DNA from: Bacteroidales bacterium
GTDB lineage: Bacteria > Bacteroidota > Bacteroidia > Bacteroidales > UBA3824
Assembly (NCBI GenBank): GCA_024413595.1
Contig: JAKSUC010000006.1
Coordinates: 2,339 to 66,338 of the forward strand
Length of the DNA: 64,000 bases
Direction of reading: 5' to 3'
The first letter of the stretch is position 1; every line of letters begins with the position of its first letter. The translations under genes were made by a program, and so were the position numbers. Below are positions 27,684 through 37,336 of this stretch, one piece after another. The notes under the pieces are model-generated. The model made no database searches, was not told the DNA's origin, and was given only the letters and a program-made list of their open reading frames with translations.

Positions 27684-28526
27684 ATGAAAAGTTTTAGACT
27701 AATATTTTTGATTTTAATTCCAATTTTATTGGTTTCTTGCAAAGGCAAAATTAAACCAACTCCTCAACCATCGATTAAGGATAGTGTTATTAATGTTAAT
27801 AATGTTGTAATTTCTCCCGAAGATGCCAAAGTTTTAAATGATTTTAAATCAAATATTTCTTCACAAGATACTTTTAATAAAGTTGAAATTAAATTCAATG
27901 TTGATTTTAAATCTGGTTCTAATAAACATTCTGGTAGTGGAACTTTACGAATGATTTCTGATAGTTTAATTTGGTTGTCTGTTTCCGCATTAAATATCGA
28001 AGTTGCTAGAGCTATTTTTACTCCTGACTCTGTTAAATGTATTGTTAAAGTTAAAAACAAATTTTTCTCTGGTGATTATTCTTATTTACATAAATTTTTT
28101 CCTGTTGATATTGATTTTAATATTTTACAAAGTATATTTTTAGATCAGTTTTTTATTTTTCCACAAAATAAAATTGAACGTTTAGATTATTTTCACCCTA
28201 TTAAAACAGATAATTTACTTTCTTTAACAACTTCTCACAATGATATTTATTCTAAATCTTTTGGTGTTAATAATTCAATCAAATTTGATTTAAATTCAAA
28301 CAAAATGCTTGAAAATTCTGCTATTATTTCATCTACTAATAAAGGTTTAAAAATTTCTTACTCTGAATTTAAAGATTTTTCTTATCATAATTTACCTTCT
28401 ATTGTAAATTTTGAAGGAATTAACACTGATTTTCTTGTTGTTTTTAAATATCAAAAAGTTGTTTTTGGCAAAAAAATGTCTTTTAATTTTACTATTCCTA
28501 ACAATTATAAACCATTTGAATTTTAA
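27684..28526 (+). CDS. DUF4292-like lipoprotein
   Basis: 280 aa with lipobox LLVSC. Its position between the TPR and M23 genes matches the conserved Bacteroidota dut cluster. Confidence 0.55.
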   Translation: MKSFRLIFLILIPILLVSCKGKIKPTPQPSIKDSVINVNNVVISPEDAKVLNDFKSNISSQDTFNKVEIKFNVDFKSGSNKHSGSGTLRMISDSLIWLSVSALNIEVARAIFTPDSVKCIVKVKNKFFSGDYSYLHKFFPVDIDFNILQSIFLDQFFIFPQNKIERLDYFHPIKTDNLLSLTTSHNDIYSKSFGVNNSIKFDLNSNKMLENSAIISSTNKGLKISYSEFKDFSYHNLPSIVNFEGINTDFLVVFKYQKVVFGKKMSFNFTIPNNYKPFEF

Positions 28527-29623
28527 TGAAACGATTTGTTTTTACATATTGTTTTTTATTGATTGTTTTAAACTTAAATGCGCAGTCAACTATTGAATAT
28601 CAAAGTTCTTTTTTAGACTCTTTGTTAATTAATTTATCTGATACTTCTTATAATTTAGAAACTCGTTTAAATATTCTTGATACTCAAATTGAACTTAAAG
28701 ATAAACTTATTGATAGAATTAAGTTTAAAATTGATCAAATTGACAAAGATTTTTATAATAATCAAATTTATCATGAAAGACTTTCTAATCAACTTGAATA
28801 TGAAGAAAAAAAATATTCTGATTTAATTATTCAAGCTGATAAAATTAGAAAATCTATGTATTCTAATTTTGATATTTTTTCTTTTGATAATTTATATAAA
28901 ACCTTTAATCAATATTTGTATATTAAATATTTATCTGATTATCGTGTTAAAAAAATTAGAAGAATTAAAGATATTAAAAATGAGATTGCAAATGTTTTAA
29001 TTAAATTAGAAGATATTAAATCTCAACAAAATATATTAGCTGAAAAACTTGGTGTAGAAAAATCTTTTATTGCAAAATATACTAATAATCGTTCAAGTAT
29101 TATTGCGCAATTAAAAAAATCTCAATCTTTTCAGCAATCAAATACCGCAAATGATGTTTTAAACTCTCAAAATATACAACATGTAAATTCAGATACTACT
29201 CAGCAAGATAATCTATTGTTTGAAGTTCAAAAAGGATATTTAGATTATCCTGTTAAAAATGCTGTTATTATTTCAACATTTGGTGATAAACAACATCCTG
29301 TTTACGACAATGTTACAATTAGAAATGATGGAGTTAATTTTCTTGTTCCTGAGTTTTCTAACGTAAAAGTTGTATATTCTGGTGTTGTTTCTAAAATTGT
29401 ATCTTTACCAACTAATCAATATGCTATTATTGTTAGACATGGTTCTTATTTTACTGTTTATTCGGGGCTTGATCATATAAAAGTTTCTGCTGGTGATAAT
29501 GTTAATAAAAATGATATTATTGGTGATTATGAAAATTTTAAGGACAAATTAATTCTTAATTTTCAAATTTGGTTTGGTACTGAAAAACTTAATCCTCAAC
29601 ATTGGTTAAAAAAGAATAAATAA
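28526..29623 (+). CDS. EnvC-like coiled-coil protein with degenerate LytM/M23 domain (likely a murein hydrolase activator)
   Basis: 365 aa with a signal peptide, about 200 aa of coiled coil and a C-terminal LytM fold (IIVRHGSYFTVYSGL...VSAGDNVNKNDIIG). The metal-ligand motifs read NDGVN instead of HxGxD, and LNFQ instead of HLHFE. Confidence 0.7.
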   Translation: MKRFVFTYCFLLIVLNLNAQSTIEYQSSFLDSLLINLSDTSYNLETRLNILDTQIELKDKLIDRIKFKIDQIDKDFYNNQIYHERLSNQLEYEEKKYSDLIIQADKIRKSMYSNFDIFSFDNLYKTFNQYLYIKYLSDYRVKKIRRIKDIKNEIANVLIKLEDIKSQQNILAEKLGVEKSFIAKYTNNRSSIIAQLKKSQSFQQSNTANDVLNSQNIQHVNSDTTQQDNLLFEVQKGYLDYPVKNAVIISTFGDKQHPVYDNVTIRNDGVNFLVPEFSNVKVVYSGVVSKIVSLPTNQYAIIVRHGSYFTVYSGLDHIKVSAGDNVNKNDIIGDYENFKDKLILNFQIWFGTEKLNPQHWLKKNK

Positions 29624-29626
29624 TAT

Positions 29627-32600
29627 ATGGACTCGAATTTTAACATTATTGAAAATAAATTAAACAGTTTTATTAGTAAATTTTATTCTAATAAACTGTA
29701 TTTAGGTATTATTTTCTTTATTGTTTTTGCTATTGTTTCTTTATTTATATTTTCATTTGCTGAGTCTTACTTTTATTTTTCTCCTTTAGTAAAAACTTTT
29801 ATTTTTTATTCTTTAATTTTCATTTTAATATCGGATTTTATATTTTTTATATTATTTCCTTTATTAAAAATATTACGTGTTTTTCCTGTTATTTCTTTTG
29901 AAGAAGCTTCTAGTATTATTTCTAATTATTTTGCTGATTCTAAAGATATTTTATTAAATTTAATTCAGTTAAATAATCAATCTGATAATTTATCAGACTC
30001 AAATTTATTAATAGCAGGCATAAATCAAAAAGTAAATTTGATATCACCATTAAATTTTACATCTGCTATTAATTTTAAAAAAACATTCAAATTTTTACTA
30101 ATTTCTTTATCAATTATATTTTTAATATCATTAATTTCTAGTATAAATTTTGATCGTTTTTCAAAAGGAGCTATTAGATTTATTAATTATTCAACCTTTT
30201 ATCAGCCCGAAAATCCATATAATTTTAATATTTTAAATAAAAATTTTGAATTGGGTAGGGGAGAAGATTATCAAATTTTTGTTTCTTTAGATGGTCCTTC
30301 TATCCCTAATGATGTTTTTATTAATTTTGGTTCTCAATCTTATAGAATGAATGTTGATTCTTTAGGTTTTTATTCATATTCTATTAAAAATGTTTCCTCT
30401 GACATAAATTTTAATTTTAAATATTTAGATTATTTTACAGAAAATTATTCTTTAAAAGTTTTTGATAAACCTTATTTAGAGAATATTCATATTAGTGTTG
30501 TTCCACCACAATATACAAATTTACAAACTCAAGAATTTGATAATTTAAGTAATATTGTAGTTCCTCATGGTTCCTTAATTTCTTGGAATTTTGATGTTCA
30601 ACATGTCGAAAATCTTATATTTAAAATTGATTCTATTTATTTAGATACAGTAAAACTTAAATCTAATCAAATTACTTACAAAAAATCTGCTTTAAAAGAT
30701 TTTAATTATCAATATTCTTTTATTAGTGAAAATAATTTAGAAATAAATTCTTCAGTATTTAATGTAGAAATTATTCCTGATAATTATCCTAATATTGAAG
30801 TTTCATCATTACCAGACTCTACTTCATTAAATTCTATGTTTTTTTCAGGTAGAATTACAGATGATTTTGGTTTTAAAAATTTAAAATTTATCTATTATAA
30901 TCATGACAATCCTAAACAATTATTTTCTAACACTATTGAAATAAATCACAATTCTATAAATCAAGAATATTTTTATTATTTTGATTTTTCAAATTTTAAA
31001 AATCAAGTAGATTATTATTTTGAAGTAACAGATAATGATGTTTTAGGTGGTTATAAATCATCTAAAACTTCAGTTTTTTCATATAAATTGCTTACTAAAT
31101 CAGAAAAAGAAGCTCGTTTATCTGATTTAAAAAATTCAATTTATGATAAAATTAACGAGTCGCAATCTTTATTAAATAGCATAAATAAAGATTTAGCAGT
31201 TTTTCAAAAATCAGTTTCTGGTAATAATAACCTTTCAGATTATGAAAAACAATTAAAAATCGATAATCTTGTTGAAAAGCAACAAAAATTAGAAGAACTT
31301 TTAAAAGAAATATCTGATAACAATTTCAAAAAAGATTTATTTCAAAACCAAGAAAACAATCTTGATCAAGATATTTTAGATCAACAAAAACAAATGCAAG
31401 ATTTGTGGAAAGATTTGATGAATGATGACATAAAAGATTTATTAAATCAAATTAATAAACTTAAAGATTCTCTTCATGATCGAAATTTAAGAGATAATAT
31501 CGATAATTTAAAATTTGATTTTAGCCAAATTAATGAACAATTAGAACGAAACAATCAGCTTTTGAAATATTACGATGTTGAAAATAAATTAAACAATCTT
31601 ACAAAAGACCTTAATGAATTTTCAAAAGATTATGAAAAGTTTTCACGTGAAACATTAGATAATAATTTTTCTGATAATAATAATAACAAATCAGATTTTT
31701 CAGAAAAATCTAATGATTTTAAAGAAAAATTTGACAAATTACAGTCAGATTATGAGAAATTAATGGATAAAAATTCTGATTTAGATGAAATGAAGATGAA
31801 TTTAGATTCTCTTTTTGATAAATTCAACTCTATTAAAAATGATATTGATAATCAAATTGACAAATTAGAACAATTTCAAAATAATGATTCTAATTTTTCT
31901 AAGTCTGACAAAGAGCAATTTAAACAGGATATGCAGAATACTTCTGAAGATATTCAAGAAATGTCAAATTCTTTGAATGGTAATAAAAAATCTGATCATC
32001 AAAAGAAAAATTCAGAAAATTTAAACGATGTTAGACAGATTTTAGATAATCTTGTTTCTTTATCATTTTCTCAAGAAAATATAATTATCCAATCTAAAAC
32101 TTCTCAAAATAGTGCTACTTTTATTCAAGAATTATTAAAAAGCGAACTAAATATTAAAAGAGATTTTGATTTAGTTAAAGATTCAATTTACGCTTTAGCT
32201 AAACGTGAACCTGATTTAGGTCATTCTGTTTATTCTAAAATTGATGAAATTAATTCTAATTTTAATTCATCTATTTCTAAATTAAAAGAAGGCACCAAAT
32301 CTTCTTCTACCATAAATCAACAATTATCTTTAACAGGAATAAACGATTTAGCTTTAATTTTTAGTGAAATTGAACAAAATATGCAACAACAAATGCAAAA
32401 TAGTCAATCGGGAGAAGACACAAATGAAGCTGTTGAAACTAAAAATAAAAAACGTTCACAACAACGTCAGCAACAATATCAGCAAGCAAAATCACAACAA
32501 CAATCTTTAAAACAATCTCTCGAAAAAATGTTACAACAATTACAAAGAGGAGATAATCCTCAAAATCAGCAATTAGTTGAAACATTAAAAATGCAAGAAT

Positions 32601-32980
32601 TAATGCAACAATATATTCAAGAATTAATGAATAATTCTGGTTCAAATCCTAAAAACCAGCAATTAATGAAACAAATTAATCAATTAATGGAACAAAATAA
32701 AAATGACATCTTAAACAAACGTATAAATCAAAATTTAATTAACAGACAAAATCAAATTTATCAAAAACTTCTAGATTGTGAAAACGCAGAAAAATCACAA
32801 GAACAAGAAGATAATCGTGAAAGTAAATCTGGAAAAGATAAAGATTACGATAACACAAATCTTAATTTTCCGTTTATTAACAAAGAACGTCATTCAAAAG
32901 AATTTATAAATAAAAAATATTTAAATATAGATTTATTTTATTTAGATAAATATAATGACTATATTAAAAAACTAAATTAA
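29627..32980 (+). CDS. Large membrane-anchored coiled-coil protein, possibly DUF4175 family
   Basis: 1117 aa with 3-4 N-terminal TM segments, a beta-rich middle region and a long N/Q/K/D-rich coiled-coil tail (QQRQQQYQQAKSQQQSLKQSLEKMLQQLQ). The family call comes from memory only. Confidence 0.4.
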   Translation: MDSNFNIIENKLNSFISKFYSNKLYLGIIFFIVFAIVSLFIFSFAESYFYFSPLVKTFIFYSLIFILISDFIFFILFPLLKILRVFPVISFEEASSIISNYFADSKDILLNLIQLNNQSDNLSDSNLLIAGINQKVNLISPLNFTSAINFKKTFKFLLISLSIIFLISLISSINFDRFSKGAIRFINYSTFYQPENPYNFNILNKNFELGRGEDYQIFVSLDGPSIPNDVFINFGSQSYRMNVDSLGFYSYSIKNVSSDINFNFKYLDYFTENYSLKVFDKPYLENIHISVVPPQYTNLQTQEFDNLSNIVVPHGSLISWNFDVQHVENLIFKIDSIYLDTVKLKSNQITYKKSALKDFNYQYSFISENNLEINSSVFNVEIIPDNYPNIEVSSLPDSTSLNSMFFSGRITDDFGFKNLKFIYYNHDNPKQLFSNTIEINHNSINQEYFYYFDFSNFKNQVDYYFEVTDNDVLGGYKSSKTSVFSYKLLTKSEKEARLSDLKNSIYDKINESQSLLNSINKDLAVFQKSVSGNNNLSDYEKQLKIDNLVEKQQKLEELLKEISDNNFKKDLFQNQENNLDQDILDQQKQMQDLWKDLMNDDIKDLLNQINKLKDSLHDRNLRDNIDNLKFDFSQINEQLERNNQLLKYYDVENKLNNLTKDLNEFSKDYEKFSRETLDNNFSDNNNNKSDFSEKSNDFKEKFDKLQSDYEKLMDKNSDLDEMKMNLDSLFDKFNSIKNDIDNQIDKLEQFQNNDSNFSKSDKEQFKQDMQNTSEDIQEMSNSLNGNKKSDHQKKNSENLNDVRQILDNLVSLSFSQENIIIQSKTSQNSATFIQELLKSELNIKRDFDLVKDSIYALAKREPDLGHSVYSKIDEINSNFNSSISKLKEGTKSSSTINQQLSLTGINDLALIFSEIEQNMQQQMQNSQSGEDTNEAVETKNKKRSQQRQQQYQQAKSQQQSLKQSLEKMLQQLQRGDNPQNQQLVETLKMQELMQQYIQELMNNSGSNPKNQQLMKQINQLMEQNKNDILNKRINQNLINRQNQIYQKLLDCENAEKSQEQEDNRESKSGKDKDYDNTNLNFPFINKERHSKEFINKKYLNIDLFYLDKYNDYIKKLN

Positions 32981-32991
32981 ACTTAATTTTT

Positions 32992-33387
32992 ATGAAAAAC
33001 TCCATTTCATTCAGTTCAACAATGGACAATATCTCATTAGTTGAGAATTTTGTCGATAATTTTAGTACTAAATACGATATATGTCCTGAATTATATGGCA
33101 ATATATCTATTTCAGCAGTTGAAGCATGTACAAATGCAATTATTCATGGTAATAAATCTGATTCAACCAAAAAAGTTTCATTAGATTTTGAATTAGAAGA
33201 CAAAGTTTTAACCTTGATTATTTCAGACGAAGGAGAAGGATTTGATTATACAAACATTCCTGATCCTACATCAAAAGAAAATATTGAAAAAATTAATGGT
33301 CGAGGTATATTTCTAATTCAACAATTATCAGATTCAACAGAATTTTTAAATAACGGATCTATTATTAAAATTAAGTTTAATTTATAA
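32992..33387 (+). CDS. RsbW/SpoIIAB/SiaB-like serine-protein kinase (HATPase_c, anti-sigma regulatory factor type)
   Basis: 131 aa with N-box EACTNAIIHGN, G1 SDEGEGFD and G2 GRGIFLIQQLSD. Its stop overlaps the ybeY ATG (TAATG). Confidence 0.75.
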   Translation: MKNSISFSSTMDNISLVENFVDNFSTKYDICPELYGNISISAVEACTNAIIHGNKSDSTKKVSLDFELEDKVLTLIISDEGEGFDYTNIPDPTSKENIEKINGRGIFLIQQLSDSTEFLNNGSIIKIKFNL

Positions 33388-33803
33388 TGTCGATTACATT
33401 TAATTTTGAAGATTCTGAATTTAAATTTACCGATTTAAATAAAGTTTCTTCTTGGATTAATAGTGCAATAAAAAAAGAAAATTGTTTCACGGGAAACATA
33501 AATTATATTTTCTGTTCAGATTCTTACTTGTTAGACATGAATAAAAAATTTTTAAATCATGATTATCTAACAGATGTTATTACATTTGATTATGTAAAAG
33601 ATAAAAATATTTCAGGAGATATTTTTATTAGTATAGATAGAACAAAAGAGAATGCAGAAATTTTTAATGTTTCACATGAAACAGAACTTCTTCGAGTAAT
33701 GATTCACGGAGTTCTTCATTTAATAGGTTATGATGATCATACTGATGAAGATGAAGCTCAAATTCATTCAAAAGAAGATTTTTATTTGAATTTGTATAAT
33801 TAG
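33387..33803 (+). CDS. ybeY: rRNA maturation endoribonuclease YbeY
   Basis: 138 aa with the [12 protein letters not shown] zinc motif. Confidence 0.92.
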   Translation: MSITFNFEDSEFKFTDLNKVSSWINSAIKKENCFTGNINYIFCSDSYLLDMNKKFLNHDYLTDVITFDYVKDKNISGDIFISIDRTKENAEIFNVSHETELLRVMIHGVLHLIGYDDHTDEDEAQIHSKEDFYLNLYN

Positions 33804-33813
33804 GTTTTTTATT

Positions 33814-35667
33814 ATGATTGAAGAATACGATATAATCGTAATTGGAGCTGGTCATGCAGGTTGTGAAGCCGCAGCTGCATCTGCTCATTTAGGAGCTAAA
33901 ACTCTATTGATTACAATGGATATGACTAAATTTGGTCAAATGTCTTGTAATCCTGCAATTGGTGGTATTGCAAAAGGTCAAATTGTTCGTGAAATCGATG
34001 CTTTGGGTGGGTTAACTGGTATTGTAACTGATATGAGTTCTATTCAGTTTCGTATGCTAAATAAATCTAAAGGTCCTGCTATGTGGAGTCCTCGATCTCA
34101 ATGTGACCGTTCTAAATTTTCTTTAATTTGGCGTTCTTTATTAGAAAAAATACCTAATTTGTATTTTTGGCAAGATACTGTTAAATCTATTATAGTTGAA
34201 AATGGTTCTGTTGTTGGTGTTGAAACTGTTTTTGGAGTTCAGTTTAAATGCTCAAAAGTTGTATTAACTGCAGGTACTTTTTTAAATGGTTTAATGCATA
34301 TTGGCGGTAGAAGTTATGAAGGCGGTAGGATAGGAGAGATATCTGCTAATGGTTTAACCGAAACTTTATTAAAAGCTGGTGTTTCTACAAATCGTATGAA
34401 AACTGGAACACCTGCTCGTATTGATGGACGAACTATTGATTTTTCTCAAATGACACCTCAAGCAGGTGATGAAAATCCTGATTCTTTTTCTTTTATGTCT
34501 GATGGATTGCCTAAATTACCACAATTAAAATGTTTTATTTCTTATACCAATCCACAAGTTCATGATGAATTAAGAAAAGGTTTTGATCGTAGTCCTTTAT
34601 TTAATGGAACTATAAAAAGTATAGGACCTCGTTATTGTCCTTCTGTTGAAACTAAAATAATTACTTTTGCTGATAAAACATCACATCCTGTATTTCTAGA
34701 ACCAGAAGGAACAGATACTTGTGAATATTATTTAAATGGATTTTCTTCGTCTTTACCTTTTGAAGTTCAATATAATGCTTTAAGATTAATTCCTGGTTTG
34801 CAAAATGCGAAAATTTTCCGTCCAGGATATGCTATTGAATATGATTATTTTGATCCTACTCAATTAAAGCATACCTTGGAGTCTAAAATAGTAAAAAACG
34901 TTTATTTTGCAGGTCAAGTTAATGGAACTACTGGATATGAAGAAGCTGCTTGTCAAGGATTAATGGCTGGAATTAACGCTGCTTTATCTTTACAAGGTAA
35001 AGATGAAATAGTTTTATCTCGTAGTGATGCGTATATTGGTGTTTTAATTGATGATTTAGTTACTAAAGGTGTAGATGAACCTTATCGTATGTTTACATCT
35101 CGTTCAGAATATCGCATACTTTTGCGTCAAGATAATGCCGATGAACGTTTAACAGAATTATCATATAAAATTGGGTTAGCTTCAGAAGAAAGATATAAAA
35201 AATATAAAGAAAAACAATTACATATTGATCAAATAATTGAATTTTGTAATACATATTCTGTTCAAATTCAAAAAATAAATCCTTATATAGAGTCGAAAGG
35301 AGGAAAACTTTTAACACAAGGTAATAAATTATTTTCTATAATATTACGACCAGAGGTTTGTTTAGAAGAATTAGTAGATATTTTTCCATTTTTACGAAAA
35401 TATACACATACAGAATTAGAAGCTGCCGAAATAAAAATTAAATATCAAGGTTATATTGAAAGAGAAAAACAATCAGCAGAAAAATTATCTAGATTAGATT
35501 ATGTAAAAATTCCAGATAATTTTGATTTTTCAAAATTCAATTCAATTTCGATAGAAGCCCGCCAAAAATTGCAAAAGATTCAACCAAAAACAATAGGGCA
35601 AGCATCAAGAATACCTGGAGTAAGTCCAGCAGATATAAATATTTTGCTAGTTAGTTTAGGAAGATAA
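33814..35667 (+). CDS. mnmG: tRNA uridine 5-carboxymethylaminomethyl modification enzyme MnmG (GidA)
   Basis: 617 aa with [23 protein letters not shown] and [13 protein letters not shown]-type motifs. Confidence 0.97.
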   Translation: MIEEYDIIVIGAGHAGCEAAAASAHLGAKTLLITMDMTKFGQMSCNPAIGGIAKGQIVREIDALGGLTGIVTDMSSIQFRMLNKSKGPAMWSPRSQCDRSKFSLIWRSLLEKIPNLYFWQDTVKSIIVENGSVVGVETVFGVQFKCSKVVLTAGTFLNGLMHIGGRSYEGGRIGEISANGLTETLLKAGVSTNRMKTGTPARIDGRTIDFSQMTPQAGDENPDSFSFMSDGLPKLPQLKCFISYTNPQVHDELRKGFDRSPLFNGTIKSIGPRYCPSVETKIITFADKTSHPVFLEPEGTDTCEYYLNGFSSSLPFEVQYNALRLIPGLQNAKIFRPGYAIEYDYFDPTQLKHTLESKIVKNVYFAGQVNGTTGYEEAACQGLMAGINAALSLQGKDEIVLSRSDAYIGVLIDDLVTKGVDEPYRMFTSRSEYRILLRQDNADERLTELSYKIGLASEERYKKYKEKQLHIDQIIEFCNTYSVQIQKINPYIESKGGKLLTQGNKLFSIILRPEVCLEELVDIFPFLRKYTHTELEAAEIKIKYQGYIEREKQSAEKLSRLDYVKIPDNFDFSKFNSISIEARQKLQKIQPKTIGQASRIPGVSPADINILLVSLGR

Positions 35668-35707
35668 TGTTTCACGTGTAACTTAAAGTTTCAAATTATT
35701 AAAAGAT

Positions 35708-37333
35708 ATGAAAATAGTTGAAGGAAAAATCGTTGACGTATTGTCAAAAAGAATTTTTGAAGGAAAAGTTTCTTTTGAAAATGGAAAAATTGTCGATATA
35801 GAAGAGTGTTCAACAAATTCAGATAAATATATATTACCTGGTTTAGTTGATTCTCATATCCATATTGAAAGTTCTATGGTAACGCCACAACGTTTTGCCG
35901 AGGCTGCTTTGAAACATGGAGTTGTTTCTATAATTGCAGATCCTCATGAAATTTCAAATGTTTTGGATACTGATGGATTTAATTTTATGCTAAAAGATGC
36001 CAAAAAATCTCCTATGAAAATTTATTTTGGCGTTCCTTCATGTGTTCCTGCAACTAACTTTGAAACTTCCGGTGCTGTATTAAATTCGTCAATAGTATCT
36101 GATTTATTAAAAAATGATCATGTTGTTGCTTTAGCTGAAATGATGAATTTTCCAGGAGTAATTTTTAAAGACCCTGAAGTTTTAGCTAAAATTAAAGCAT
36201 CTAAAGATATAAATAAACCAATTGATGGACATGCACCAGGTTTAGATGAAAATCAAAATAAACAATATATCGAAGCTGGTATTTCTACTGATCATGAATG
36301 TTCTAATCTTGACGAAGCTAGAATTAAGATTAAATATGGAATGAAAATTCAAATTCGAGAAGGAAGTGCTGCAAAAAATATGTTAGATTTAGCACCATTA
36401 TACAAAGAAAATCCAGATTCTTTAATGTTATGTAGCGATGATTTTCATCCTGACGATTTATCAAAATCTTATATGTTTGAAAGAATTTCAAAATTAATAT
36501 CATTAGGATATGATTTTTTTGATGTTTTGAGATCAGCTACAATTATTCCTGTGCAACATTATAAATTAAATGTAGGACTTCTTCAAAAAGGAGATAATGC
36601 TGATTTTGTTGTTGTTGATAATATTAAAGATTTTCAAGTAAATCAGGTATATTTAGATGGAAAATTAATTGTAGATAATGGCGTAAATCAATTTCAAGTT
36701 TCTGATACAAAACCTATTAATAATTTTATTTGTAAAAAAATTACCTCAAAAGATATTGAAGTGCCTTATACAAATGGTAATATACAAGTAATAGAGGCAA
36801 TCGATAAAAGTTTATTAACAAATAAATTAGTAGTTAAACCCTTAGTACAAAACGGTTTAATAGTAACAAATACTAAAACAGATATATTAAAAATAGTAGT
36901 ATTAAATCGTTATAAAGGAGATTCAAAACCATCTGTAGGATTTATCAAAGGCTTTAAATTAAAGTTTGGAGCAGTAGCAAGTTGTATAGCTCATGATAGT
37001 CATAATATAATTTGTGTAGGCGTAGATGATGAGTCAATCGTAAAATCGATAAATCAAATAATCAAGAATAGGGGAGGACTAGTTGTTTGTACTGGCTTAA
37101 ATCTGTTTGATATGAAATTGGAGATAGGTGGCATAATGTCTAATGTTTCATGTGAAACAGCAGGAATATCTTATTCTCGACTATCTTTACTTGTAAAATC
37201 TCTAGGTTGTAGTTTAACTGCACCTTTTATGACTTTATCATTTATGGCATTACCTGTAATACCTTCTTTAAAAATTACAGATAAAGGTTTATTTGATGTA
37301 GAAAAATTTGATTTTACTTCTGTTTTAATTTAA
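35708..37333 (+). CDS. ade: Adenine deaminase
   Basis: 541 aa with PGLVDSHIHIESSM, IADPHEI, DGHAPG and TDHEC motifs of the amidohydrolase-type adenine deaminase. Confidence 0.88.
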   Translation: MKIVEGKIVDVLSKRIFEGKVSFENGKIVDIEECSTNSDKYILPGLVDSHIHIESSMVTPQRFAEAALKHGVVSIIADPHEISNVLDTDGFNFMLKDAKKSPMKIYFGVPSCVPATNFETSGAVLNSSIVSDLLKNDHVVALAEMMNFPGVIFKDPEVLAKIKASKDINKPIDGHAPGLDENQNKQYIEAGISTDHECSNLDEARIKIKYGMKIQIREGSAAKNMLDLAPLYKENPDSLMLCSDDFHPDDLSKSYMFERISKLISLGYDFFDVLRSATIIPVQHYKLNVGLLQKGDNADFVVVDNIKDFQVNQVYLDGKLIVDNGVNQFQVSDTKPINNFICKKITSKDIEVPYTNGNIQVIEAIDKSLLTNKLVVKPLVQNGLIVTNTKTDILKIVVLNRYKGDSKPSVGFIKGFKLKFGAVASCIAHDSHNIICVGVDDESIVKSINQIIKNRGGLVVCTGLNLFDMKLEIGGIMSNVSCETAGISYSRLSLLVKSLGCSLTAPFMTLSFMALPVIPSLKITDKGLFDVEKFDFTSVLI

Positions 37334-37336
37334 AAG

